Made by a program: the position numbers and the translations under genes. A model generated the notes under the pieces. It saw nothing but the letters and a program-made list of their open reading frames with translations, had not been told where the DNA came from and did not search any database. 64,000 nt of DNA from Candidatus Parcubacteria bacterium (GTDB lineage Bacteria; Patescibacteriota; Patescibacteriia; CAIXNZ01). Shown in pieces: positions 55,232 through 64,000 of the stretch. Position 1 is the first letter of the stretch. Each line of letters starts with the position of its first letter. The DNA is taken from positions 65,035-129,034 of the forward strand of contig JAPLYG010000016.1 of assembly GCA_026395685.1 (NCBI GenBank). Reading direction: 5' to 3'.

Positions 55232-55957
55232 ATGAGAAATTTTATTATCTTTCTTCTCGTTTTCTTAGCGGCCTTCTTTTTAATGCTGTTTTTATTGCCT
55301 GATAAATTTTTTATTTTTATTGTAATTTATCTGGCTTTAATCATTTCTGCAATCTGCCTTTTATACTATCTGGGACTTGCGCGCGGCCTTTTCGTCCTGT
55401 TTGCCATTATTGCCCTGCCCTTTATAATTGAATACGCACTTTCATTTCTGCCCTATAGTTTTTTAAAAGGCAATGTTATTAATTATTTATCCTGGCAAAA
55501 AATAGATTTTGCCATCAACTTGAATAATCTGTTTGCCGGCTTCAATATCCCGACGATTTTTATCTGTTCCCTGATTTTCAGCCAAAAAATTGTAGTTTAC
55601 TCTTTTATTAAAAGCGGCCATAAATTGCTGCAAAATATTATTGCTTCCCTGCTTATCGCCTTCACTTTTTTATATATTGATCCGCAAAAAATCGAATACG
55701 CTTCTGCCCTCAAATGGCTGATTATTGCCCTTATTGCCAATTACCTGATTCTCAAACTGATTAAATTTAAAACCGGCACTCCTGAAATATACAAAGAAAT
55801 GCCGATTATTATTTATCTTATTATTTATTTATCCAATTATACCATTACCAACAATTACTATTATCTGATTTTTACCGGCCTGCTGCTGATCTATTATTTA
55901 ATAACTCTCTGGAATGAACACAAAATAAAAATGGCTAACCAGTCTTTTTCTGCTTAA
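55232..55957 (+). CDS. Polytopic membrane protein, hypothetical
   Basis: 241 aa with about 7 hydrophobic helices. Its 3' end overlaps convergently with lgt. Confidence 0.4.
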   Translation: MRNFIIFLLVFLAAFFLMLFLLPDKFFIFIVIYLALIISAICLLYYLGLARGLFVLFAIIALPFIIEYALSFLPYSFLKGNVINYLSWQKIDFAINLNNLFAGFNIPTIFICSLIFSQKIVVYSFIKSGHKLLQNIIASLLIAFTFLYIDPQKIEYASALKWLIIALIANYLILKLIKFKTGTPEIYKEMPIIIYLIIYLSNYTITNNYYYLIFTGLLLIYYLITLWNEHKIKMANQSFSA

Positions 55958-56783
55958 TTTTTATTTTAAAATATTGGATTAATTTATAGCCGAAAATTAT
56001 TAAACAGGCAATAATTATCATCCCACTCATAATCTGCGCCCAGCGAATACCCAGAACATACGGGCTGTAATCTGTGCGTAAAAATTCAGTCATAAACCGG
56101 CCAACCGAATAAAGGAAAAAATAAGCTAAGGTGATATTGCCCAAGCCCTGAACTTTTTCAGGGTTTTTGTATTTTTTCAGGCGTAAAATGTGCCAGCAGA
56201 ATAAGCTGATAAAAATTCCCAGATTATACAGACTTTCATATATAAATGTGGGGTGAAAATAAGCAGCTGTGATATAATTAGCCGGCCGAAATTCCGGCTG
56301 AATCGGGATTCCCCACGGTAAATTTGTGGGCAGGCCAAACAGTTCCTGATTAAAATAGTTGCCCCAGCGGCCAATTGCCATAGCTAAAGCCAAACTGACA
56401 ACCACTAAATCCAAAAGCAGCCAAAAAGATATTTTGTGCCGTTTCCCATAAATTATTAATACTATGATTCCGGCAATCATCGCGCCATGGATGGCCAATC
56501 CCCCTTCCCAAATTTTAAAAATATCCCACAAATTTTGAGAATAGTTTTGCCAGGCGTAAATGACATAATATAAACGATCGCCAATCAAGCCGAAAACAAT
56601 CACATAAAAAGCCAGGTTATAGATATCGTCTTTTTTTAGTCCGTATCTTTTAGCTAAGTAATACAAAGTTAAAAATCCCAGCAAAGCGCCGAGTGCGATT
56701 AACAAGCCATACCAGTGGATTTCCAAAAAACTAAACTTAAATAAAGTCGATTGAGGATTGAAGGTGTGCAAGAAATTAAGCAT
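55935..56783 (-). CDS. lgt: Prolipoprotein diacylglyceryl transferase
   Basis: Shows HWYGLLIALGALLGF, GLIGDRLYYVIY, GGLAIHGAMIAG and the signature GRWGNYFNQELFG. Confidence 0.9.
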   Translation of the reverse strand: MLNFLHTFNPQSTLFKFSFLEIHWYGLLIALGALLGFLTLYYLAKRYGLKKDDIYNLAFYVIVFGLIGDRLYYVIYAWQNYSQNLWDIFKIWEGGLAIHGAMIAGIIVLIIYGKRHKISFWLLLDLVVVSLALAMAIGRWGNYFNQELFGLPTNLPWGIPIQPEFRPANYITAAYFHPTFIYESLYNLGIFISLFCWHILRLKKYKNPEKVQGLGNITLAYFFLYSVGRFMTEFLRTDYSPYVLGIRWAQIMSGMIIIACLIIFGYKLIQYFKIKIKQKKTG

Positions 56784-56839
56784 AAATATTGATTATTAAA
56801 ATGTAAGAACTTCAATTTAAATTATACGCGATTTTTTTA

Positions 56840-56874
56840 GTAAAAAAAAGAGAGGACCCATAAAGAGTCCCTCA
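56840..56874 (-). terminator. Intrinsic terminator downstream of the 73-aa gene
   Basis: On the minus strand: gagggactctttatgggtcctctc followed by T8. Confidence 0.55.
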
Positions 56875-56915
56875 GTTAGGTGGGCAAAGCACGATGGCTA
56901 TAGCCCAAAGTTTGT

Positions 56916-57137
56916 TTAATTGTCGCTTTTACGCGCATGTCTGAAGCTGTTGATACCCGACAGTGTCATCAGGCTCAGGCTGAGCCAGAAGGCCCATTTG
57001 GGCAAAATTGTCGGGATCATAGCATCCACGGACGGCGGAACCATCTGGTTAACCGCCAGAAACGCGCAGATGGCTGCGAAAATGAAAGTAATACCACCCC
57101 ACAGATCACCCTTTTCAGCATGAGATAAATTCTGCAT
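56916..57137 (-). CDS. Small two-TM membrane protein, hypothetical (GC-richer segment)
   Basis: 73 aa with two hydrophobic helices. It is flanked by a terminator. Confidence 0.35.
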   Translation of the reverse strand: MQNLSHAEKGDLWGGITFIFAAICAFLAVNQMVPPSVDAMIPTILPKWAFWLSLSLMTLSGINSFRHARKSDN

Positions 57138-57307
57138 CAGCTTTCCCCCTTTTGAGCGTGGTTAAATGCGAAACTCTTTTCCAGCCTAATGACATTATAG
57201 CATATCTAAACGAAAAAGTCAAGAGATTTATCGGCTAATTTTAGCCCCGAGAAAGTATTTTTACAATATAAAAAGGGACGAGAATCGCCCCTAAAATATT
57301 CAAGATA

Positions 57308-57553
57308 TCACTGTACGATGATCACGGGATACTTGATGAAACAAATGATGGCTGAACCATCGTGAGGATCTGCCAGACAATGCACTAGGATCTGTTTTTT
57401 ACAGTTGGGGCAATCAAGCAGCCCTTCAGGGGTTTCACTGATCGGCGTGTTTATCTTGATTTCCGCCAAAACTTTTTCCTGGCAATGCGGGCATTGTTTT
57501 GAGACATAGGTATGAACGATTGCTCCAGAACCTTTGACGCCTTCCTTTGCCAT
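57308..57553 (-). CDS. Zinc-ribbon protein (CxxC...CxxC), hypothetical
   Basis: The likely start is MAKEGVKGSG (ATG about 57553). It has CPHCQ and CPNCKK 24 residues apart. The longer track ORF would overlap the ppsA terminator hairpins. Confidence 0.4.
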   Translation of the reverse strand: MAKEGVKGSGAIVHTYVSKQCPHCQEKVLAEIKINTPISETPEGLLDCPNCKKQILVHCLADPHDGSAIICFIKYPVIIVQ

Positions 57554-57589
57554 TTTTCCTCCTTCTCTTAAGGACCCTAAGACTTTCTC

Positions 57590-57655
57590 GCAAAAACGGA
57601 AAACCGCCTTGCTTCGGCCTGCCTGCCGTAGCTTCAGCGAAGGCAGGACTTCTAA
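57590..57655 (-). terminator. GC-rich hairpins plus T-run downstream of ppsA
   Basis: On the minus strand: cctgccttcgctgaagctacggcagg, then caggccgaagcaaggcgg, followed by ttttccgttttt. Confidence 0.5.
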
Positions 57656-57660
57656 GATTA

Positions 57661-60024
57661 TCACCTCTTCCGATTTAAGTCAATGGTAGTCTTTATAACC
57701 GTATCGGGATTTAATGACAGGCTATCAATCCCCTCGTCTCTTAAGAATTTAGCATATTCAGGAAAATCGCTGGGCGCCTGTCCGCAAATGCCGATTTTTA
57801 TTTTCTTTTGTTTGGCTATTTTAATTGCCTGCTTAAGCAAAAGTTTCACAGCCTCATTGCGTTCATCAGCAATTTGAGAAATTAATTCTGAGTCGCGGTC
57901 CAAACCTAAAGTCAGCTGGGTCAAATCATTTGACCCGATTGAAAAACCGTCAAAAATATCAGCAAATTTATCAGCTAGAATAACATTGCTGGGAATTTCT
58001 ACCATGACATAGACTTCCAGGCCGTTTTTACCCTGAGTCAATCCGTTTTGCCTTAAAATTTTAATTACCTTTTTACCCTCATCAATCGTGCGGCAAAACG
58101 GGATCATAACCTTAACATTGGTTAAGCCCATTTCATCCCTGACTTTTTTAATGGCTTTACATTCCAAATCAAAAGCCGGCTTAAATTTAGGATCATAATA
58201 GCGTGAAGCCCCGCGCCAGCCAATCATGGGATTGGCTTCTTTGGGTTCATATAATTCTCCGCCAATAAGATTGGCATATTCATTGGTTTTAAAATCTGAA
58301 AAACGCACAATCACATCTTTGGGATAAAAAGCAGCCGCAATCTGAGCAATGCCATAAGCTAATTGGTCGACATAAAATTGCGTTTTATTTTGATACGCCG
58401 AAGTTAATTCCTCAATTTCACTTTTTAAATTCGTCGATAATCCGTGATAATTCGTAAGCGCTAGCGGATGAATTTTAATATATGAAGTAATAATAAATTC
58501 CAAACGGGCCAGGCCAACTCCGCTATTTGGCAAAAAAGAATATTTAAATCCCTGAGTCGGATCACCCAAGTTCATCATTATATTAACTTTTGGCTTTCTA
58601 ATTTTTTTCAAATTGGTTGTCTTGACCTTAAAAGGCAATGTTCCCTGATAAACCTTGCCAATTTCGCCTTCAGCGCAGCTGACTGTCACCGGCTGTCCGT
58701 CTTTCAATATTTTCCTGGCATTTTTTGTACCTACAATCGCCGGTACGCCCAATTCGCGGGAAACAATGGCTGCATGGCAGGTGCGACCGCCGGAATCCGT
58801 TATAATAGCAGCGGCTTTTTTCATGACCGGCTCCCAATCGGGATCTGTCATTTCTGTAACCAAAACTTCTCCGGGCTGAAACTGATTTAATTCCTTAACA
58901 TGTTTTATTACCCGCACTTTACCGCTTGCTATTTTCTGTCCGATACTTTCGCCGGTAATCAAAATTTTACTTTTTTGACTTAATAAAAATTGTTCTAAAA
59001 TATTGGGATTAACGCCGAATTTAACTGTTTCCGGCCGAGCCTGAACAATATATAATTTCTTTTCCCTGCCGTCTTTAGCCCATTCAATATCCATGGGGCG
59101 TTTATAATATTTTTCAATCAGCAATGCCCATTTGGCTAATTGTAAAATTTCCTTATCAGACAAAGAAAACTGCTTGCGCTCTTTCCTGGAAACCAAAATA
59201 TTTTTAGTCGAAATTGCTAAATTTTGAGTGTAAATTAATTTTTGTTTTTTGGTGCCTAATTCCTTTTTAATAATTGCCATCTTTGGCTTATAGACAAAAA
59301 ATTCATCGGGAGTTACCCGCCCTTTTACCACATTTTCTCCCAAGCCATAAGCTGAATTAATTATTACTAAATCCTTAAAACCGGATTCAGTATCAATAGT
59401 AAATATTACCCCGGCTGTTGCCAAATCAGACCTTATCATTTTCTGAATGCCGACTGAAAGATAGACTTTGTCATGCCTGAACTTCTGATCAATACGGTAT
59501 GAAATTGCCCGGTCAGTATAAAGGGAAGCAAAACATTTTCTAACGGCCAAAAGTAATTCTTTAGAACCTCTAATATTCAGATAAGACTCCTGCTGGCCGG
59601 CAAACGATGCTGTAGGCAGATCCTCAGCCGTGGCAGATGAACGCACAGCCACGTCAACATTAACTGCGCGATATTGCTTAGATAAATTCTGGTAATCTTT
59701 AATAATCTGAGTTTCCAAATCAGCGGGGAATTTACCGCGTAAAACCATTTGCCTGATTTTTTGTCCGGCTATTTCCAGCTCCTTGCCCTTATTTTTGCCC
59801 AATTTTTGCAGAATTTTATTTATTTCTCTGCGTAAATTATTGTACTCTAAAAAGTACTTGAAAGCTTCAGCAGTAGTACAGAATCCGTCAGGAATAATAA
59901 TGCCTTTAGGTTTTAATTTCCTCAGCATTTCGCCCAAAGAGGCATTTTTTCCGCCGACTTTGCCGACGTCCTTAATTGTGACTTGGGAAAATTTTAAAAT
60001 GTAATTTTTCATAATTTTATTCAT
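57661..60024 (-). CDS. ppsA: Phosphoenolpyruvate synthase (pyruvate, water dikinase)
   Basis: The N-terminal ATP-grasp begins VGGKNASLGEM. The phospho-His motif is GGRTCHAAIVSRELGVPAIVG. A C-terminal PEP-utilising TIM-barrel domain is present. The track start at 60033 is a TTG inside repeat element A5, so the first ATG (60024) is preferred. Confidence 0.9.
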   Translation of the reverse strand: MNKIMKNYILKFSQVTIKDVGKVGGKNASLGEMLRKLKPKGIIIPDGFCTTAEAFKYFLEYNNLRREINKILQKLGKNKGKELEIAGQKIRQMVLRGKFPADLETQIIKDYQNLSKQYRAVNVDVAVRSSATAEDLPTASFAGQQESYLNIRGSKELLLAVRKCFASLYTDRAISYRIDQKFRHDKVYLSVGIQKMIRSDLATAGVIFTIDTESGFKDLVIINSAYGLGENVVKGRVTPDEFFVYKPKMAIIKKELGTKKQKLIYTQNLAISTKNILVSRKERKQFSLSDKEILQLAKWALLIEKYYKRPMDIEWAKDGREKKLYIVQARPETVKFGVNPNILEQFLLSQKSKILITGESIGQKIASGKVRVIKHVKELNQFQPGEVLVTEMTDPDWEPVMKKAAAIITDSGGRTCHAAIVSRELGVPAIVGTKNARKILKDGQPVTVSCAEGEIGKVYQGTLPFKVKTTNLKKIRKPKVNIMMNLGDPTQGFKYSFLPNSGVGLARLEFIITSYIKIHPLALTNYHGLSTNLKSEIEELTSAYQNKTQFYVDQLAYGIAQIAAAFYPKDVIVRFSDFKTNEYANLIGGELYEPKEANPMIGWRGASRYYDPKFKPAFDLECKAIKKVRDEMGLTNVKVMIPFCRTIDEGKKVIKILRQNGLTQGKNGLEVYVMVEIPSNVILADKFADIFDGFSIGSNDLTQLTLGLDRDSELISQIADERNEAVKLLLKQAIKIAKQKKIKIGICGQAPSDFPEYAKFLRDEGIDSLSLNPDTVIKTTIDLNRKR

Positions 60025-60155
60025 AATAATCAAACATCAATAATCAATATACAAACAAACACTAAATTATAATTGCCAAATAACTAAACAGATTTAAAAT
60101 TATACATTTAGTTATTAGATATTGTTTGATTATTGGTGATTATTTAATACAAGAA
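60025..60155. repeat. Family-A intergenic palindromic element (copy A5)
   Basis: Reads aataatcaaacatcaataatcaatatacaaacaaacactaaattataa ... tttagttattag ... atattgtttgattattggtgattatt. Confidence 0.65.
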
Positions 60156-63100
60156 TTAAAAGCTAGCCACGATTGTAATAATAACCGTCTGGCTATAACT
60201 TCCCGGCAATGTCGCTCCGCTGATCGAAGCGCTATGGCATAATGTAATCGAATCGTCTCCTGTTCCAAAGGCTATGGCAAAGGACTTGTCTGTTGTAGCC
60301 AGCGCCGTAGCATTGGATTCCGTAATTCCCTGATTATTTAATTGAGTGCAAGATAAGCCATTATTTATTTTAACAATATCAACGCTATCGCTCTCACTGG
60401 TAGAAAGACCATACTCTTCATAATTTGCAGTCACATACCCGTCACTGACATTTGTAAAATTATTACTGCCGTAACTAAAATTGCCAATTGTCCGGATATA
60501 GGCGACATATCCATTAGAAGCATTGGTGCTGATATCAATATCATAACTGCAAGTGCTAATTTCCGAAGCAATGAAATTGCCAAACTCGCAATAACTCTTC
60601 GACAATGAAATTGTCATTTCTGGTTCAATGGAAACATCAATATTCATCTCCAAGATTTCAGCTCCCAGCACATTTAATTTTCCGACTAACTGATATCCAA
60701 CATTTCCAAGCGTATCCGCACCCTTAACGCATAAATAATCAGTATACGTAGTGCTAATAGTAAAGTCAGTACTATTGGTAAATGAATTGCCGTAAGTATC
60801 AGAGCCATTACAGGTGCTGTCGGCGCTAAAGCCGTATTGCACTGAAGAAGCATTTAAATTCGCATCCGCTGCCGTAACATTAATGGTATCTGTGGCCACC
60901 GGACCGGCCTCTGTCCCCTCATTAACAACAAAAGTAGGCACCAGATTATCAACTTCAAAATTTGCTGAAGACTGGGGAGTGCCGTCATCAGTAAAATCAT
61001 TAGGCGTTACCCTGACCTTGATATCACTTTGATCTCCGGTTAAAGTGCCGTTACCGTTAGAAGCTGATTTGGTATCCCAGACTATAGTTAAAGTGACACT
61101 GGCAAAATCATCAGTATCAATGCCGTTTACTGTACCCACCTGATAAGTCTGAACGTCATCTAAATCAATTGCCCCATTATTTGGCGCGGCTGAAACTAAA
61201 TCAGGATCGTACCAATTTGTACCGCCGTCATCGGAATATTCAACTTTTAACTTTGTTTCAGAAGAATCTCCGTCAGCAATCGTAGTCTGAAAACTTATAT
61301 AACCTGAAGCGTCTGCATATTGGCTGATAGTTCCCGGCGTAGTCGCTGTCGGCTCTGTATTACCTAGTTCACCTAATTGAAAATCACTAAAGCTGGTTAA
61401 ACCTGTTGTCTGGGTGCTGGTAGATGTTTTTGTTCCAACCGTAGGGTATGACCAGGCAGAGCCTGACCATTTTCCCACTAACAAATTTGAAGTATTTGTC
61501 CCGCCGTCCAAATCACCTGGATTAATAAAATTAAATATTGCGCTGTAATTATTGAAAACAATTCCCGAATTGGTGGCTGTCCAGTATCTGTTTACACTTT
61601 TACTGGGATTTAAATTAGCGCTAGAAATATTGGGATGGTCGCCTGCTGTTGTTGATATGGTCAGATCACCGGGGGTTGTAATAGAGCCAAAGGCAATATC
61701 AGCCGGCGTATAATTTGATGAATCACCGATTTCAAAGGTTTTACTGAGAGCGCCTCCGCTAAAATATTTCTTTAAATTGCCGATAATATAACCGGAATTG
61801 CGGGAAACACTCCCTGTTACATTAATATAAAGGCTATTTGATCCTGTTACGATATTGCCGGAAGTAAGAGTTAAAACCAAAGCAACTGTGGCATCGCCGC
61901 CTAGCGTAGCAGAACCGCTTGCCTGATTAATTGTCAAATTCCTATAATAAATCCCTCTGATTGTCTGAGATGAGCCGTTATAAATCACGGTATTACCGGG
62001 ATTAGTAGCAGTAAAATTCGCAATATCGCAAGTACCGCCAATATATATTTTTGTATTAATATTCTGGTTAAATGTACCGGTTCCGCTTAAAGAATGAGTA
62101 ACAATCAAATTAGTACTGCCATTCTGTACAGTTACTCCGTTAACAACCATATCATAGATTGTAACATTGCCGCTAATAACGGGGGCATTGGCATCAAAAG
62201 TGATTGTCCCGGTGCCTAATGAAAGGGTGCCGTTATTAGTTAAATTACCTTGGAAGGTAATATTGGAATTATCAGGATTAGTAAAGCTGCTGTTGGTGAC
62301 ACTGCCCCTGTATATTTTTACGCCAGTGCCTGAATTTATCATGGTACCACTGCCTGTAAGAGTGCCTGTGACATCAAAAGTATAATTTGAGCCTATAGAC
62401 AATGAACAGCCTGTCCCTAAAAGTAAAGCGCCGCCTACTGTCAGATTAGCGCCTGTAATACCCGTGGCGCTATTCCAAAGGGTAAGATTATTATCAATCG
62501 TTGTTACATCAGTTAAAGTCTTTAAGCCGGTTTGATATAATTCCAAATTATAATATTCAACGGCTTTAACGGTTTGAGCTGAACCACCATATCTCACATA
62601 ATTGCCGCTTGCTGTTGCTGTCAGAGTAGTAATAGTGGAGGTGCCGGTAATGGTTAATCTGGCATTAGTGCCCTGGGTCACTCCGCCTGTCCCGTCTAAA
62701 GCAGTACTGACAGTTAAGGCCGAGGTGCAATTATTAGTTAGAGTAACGCCGTTAACCGTAAGTTTAGCAATAGTTTGGGCAGAGTCACAGTTGAAAATAG
62801 GACTATTGGCGTCAAATGTCATGATACCGCTTCCGACATCCAGCACGCCATTTGCTGTAAGATCATTCTTAAATGTAATATTGGAATTATTTGCATTTCT
62901 AAAAGCGCCGGTGTTATTTATAGTGACATCACCATAATATGTTTTAACGGCAGTGCCTGAATTTGCCAAGGTGCCGGTGACTGTAGTATTGCCGGTAACA
63001 GCTAAAGTATAATTGCTACCGGTAGTGAATGTAGAGAAGGAACCGACTGTAAAATCTCCGCCGATGGTCATATTGGCTGCTGTAGTCGCAGTTAATACTG

Positions 63101-63953
63101 CTGTGCCGGAAGTGGTAAGGTTGCCGTTGATTGTCGTTACTCCGGTTAAAGTTTTGACGCCGCTGGTGCTTAAAGATAAATTGGCATAAGTAACCGGCTT
63201 TACTGTCTGCGCTGTGCCGTTGTAATTGACTGTATTGCCGGCATTGCTGGAAGCATCTAACCCTGTGATGGTTAAATTTGCTGCCGTGGCTCCAATATTT
63301 AAAGTAGCGCTAGCGCCATTGGTCAAAGTACTGGACCCGGCTAATTTCGTGCTTACAGTCAAAATGCCGTTATTTGTGACTGTATTATTAACTGTTAAAA
63401 ATGGTATTGCTCCGGTGCCGGAAATAGTAGTGCTGGCTCCGGTCATGGTAATGCTTACTGTTGTGCTGGCTATACTGGTACTGTTGGCAATTAAACTGCC
63501 TGAAGTAGTTATAATGGCTGCGGCTGATCCGGTTATATTGCCCCCGCTATTTACAGCTACTCCGCCGGAACCGACTGTCAAAGTATAGGTAGTTGCGCCA
63601 AAAGCCAAAGTGCCGGTAATACTTAAACTCTGAGCAACTGCACCGCTTGATAAATCCATAGTAACTATCGCTCCGGTGGCAATCGTCACATCATCACTGG
63701 CTGTCGGCACATTGCCACAGCTCCAGGTGCCTGGAGTATTCCAATTACCGCTACTCGCGGCATTACAGCCAGCTGCTTTTACCTTATGAAAACCTAAAAA
63801 GTAAATGACAAAAATACTCACCGCTAATAAAAACACGGAAAGCACTATTTTTTTTGCTCCCAAGCCCCCTGAAACTCGTTTTTTTACTTTAATGGGCTCT
63901 TTTTTCTTCAATTTTGTTTTCTTAGAATTAGCCACATTTATTAAAATAATCAA
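60156..63953 (-). CDS. Giant surface protein (1265 aa) with N-terminal TM anchor and Thr/Gly/Asn/Ser-rich beta-helix-like repeats
   Basis: The N-terminal basic stretch and TM are KKIVLSVFLLAVSIFVIYFLGF. Long imperfect repeats of the form G-x-T-x-T/N follow, then a Cys-containing C-terminal region. Confidence 0.6.
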   Translation of the reverse strand: MIILINVANSKKTKLKKKEPIKVKKRVSGGLGAKKIVLSVFLLAVSIFVIYFLGFHKVKAAGCNAASSGNWNTPGTWSCGNVPTASDDVTIATGAIVTMDLSSGAVAQSLSITGTLAFGATTYTLTVGSGGVAVNSGGNITGSAAAIITTSGSLIANSTSIASTTVSITMTGASTTISGTGAIPFLTVNNTVTNNGILTVSTKLAGSSTLTNGASATLNIGATAANLTITGLDASSNAGNTVNYNGTAQTVKPVTYANLSLSTSGVKTLTGVTTINGNLTTSGTAVLTATTAANMTIGGDFTVGSFSTFTTGSNYTLAVTGNTTVTGTLANSGTAVKTYYGDVTINNTGAFRNANNSNITFKNDLTANGVLDVGSGIMTFDANSPIFNCDSAQTIAKLTVNGVTLTNNCTSALTVSTALDGTGGVTQGTNARLTITGTSTITTLTATASGNYVRYGGSAQTVKAVEYYNLELYQTGLKTLTDVTTIDNNLTLWNSATGITGANLTVGGALLLGTGCSLSIGSNYTFDVTGTLTGSGTMINSGTGVKIYRGSVTNSSFTNPDNSNITFQGNLTNNGTLSLGTGTITFDANAPVISGNVTIYDMVVNGVTVQNGSTNLIVTHSLSGTGTFNQNINTKIYIGGTCDIANFTATNPGNTVIYNGSSQTIRGIYYRNLTINQASGSATLGGDATVALVLTLTSGNIVTGSNSLYINVTGSVSRNSGYIIGNLKKYFSGGALSKTFEIGDSSNYTPADIAFGSITTPGDLTISTTAGDHPNISSANLNPSKSVNRYWTATNSGIVFNNYSAIFNFINPGDLDGGTNTSNLLVGKWSGSAWSYPTVGTKTSTSTQTTGLTSFSDFQLGELGNTEPTATTPGTISQYADASGYISFQTTIADGDSSETKLKVEYSDDGGTNWYDPDLVSAAPNNGAIDLDDVQTYQVGTVNGIDTDDFASVTLTIVWDTKSASNGNGTLTGDQSDIKVRVTPNDFTDDGTPQSSANFEVDNLVPTFVVNEGTEAGPVATDTINVTAADANLNASSVQYGFSADSTCNGSDTYGNSFTNSTDFTISTTYTDYLCVKGADTLGNVGYQLVGKLNVLGAEILEMNIDVSIEPEMTISLSKSYCEFGNFIASEISTCSYDIDISTNASNGYVAYIRTIGNFSYGSNNFTNVSDGYVTANYEEYGLSTSESDSVDIVKINNGLSCTQLNNQGITESNATALATTDKSFAIAFGTGDDSITLCHSASISGATLPGSYSQTVIITIVASF

Positions 63954-64000
63954 ACCTCAATAATCAATCAACAAACAAATACTAAATTCTAACCTTCAAA
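63954..64000. repeat. Family-A element (copy A6, truncated by window end)
   Basis: Reads aataatcaaacctcaataatcaatcaacaaacaaatactaaattctaa, the same left arm as A1-A5. It abuts the start codon of the giant gene. Confidence 0.55.

Noticed and set aside
1-64000. Alternative genetic code (UGA recoded), as seen in some CPR lineages.
   Set aside because: ORFs have normal lengths with conventional stops. Conserved proteins (smpB, rplT, ppsA, lgt, pgi) end where expected without in-frame TGA read-through.

Overview
This is an AT-rich, gene-dense bacterial window with most genes on the minus strand. From the sequence I can support 50 protein-coding calls, one frameshifted pseudogene, one tRNA, one tmRNA and two candidate structured-RNA copies, plus repeats, promoters and terminators. 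Gene content looks like a Candidate Phyla Radiation (Patescibacteria-like) genome; this is an inference from content, not a database result. Standard genetic code is assumed because ORF lengths and stop usage look normal.

Coding regions group as follows:
- Surface glycan / cell envelope locus: a partial rmlB, an RmlC-like cupin, a UXS-like dehydratase, GtrA, five GT4, one GT2 and one GT9 glycosyltransferase, a GT-C-like polytopic enzyme, an O-antigen-ligase-like protein, a Wzz-like protein, a radical SAM protein and a SAM methyltransferase.
- Three giant secreted or surface proteins of 1198, 1569 and 1265 aa.
- An S8 subtilase.
- An ECF sigma / anti-sigma pair.
- A translation and ribosome-rescue cluster: arfB, smpB with an adjacent tmRNA (ssrA), infC, rpmI and rplT.
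- Housekeeping genes ppiB-like cyclophilin, pgi, lgt and ppsA.
- tRNA-Asp(GTC).

Structures the gene calls do not explain:
1. Two IS200/RAYT-like HuH transposase genes, each carrying an in-frame palindromic insertion. One is flanked by arrays of alternating REP-like hairpins (18045-18330). A second array in inverted orientation lies 11 kb away (29290-29540). Together they bracket a module of surface proteins, the sigma/anti-sigma pair and an Xis-like HTH gene.
2. An unnamed ~110-aa domain shared by the S8 protease C-terminus and by two large surface proteins.
3. Two families of recurrent ~120-150 bp imperfect-palindrome intergenic elements: family A with 6 copies and family B with 5 copies. 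Family A copies account for spurious non-ATG start extensions of two ORFs.
4. A third repeated element with compensatory stem changes that looks like a small terminator-containing structured RNA.
5. An insertion hotspot 3' of tRNA-Asp, with three copies of a ~125-bp hairpin-rich repeat that duplicates the tRNA 3' end, a GIY-YIG gene cassette and a visibly GC-richer islet encoding an XRE-family HTH protein.
6. Two fragments of 23S-rRNA-IVS / Avd-like four-helix-bundle genes. One is frameshifted and flanked by 22-bp direct repeats. No DGR reverse transcriptase or TR/VR pair was found.
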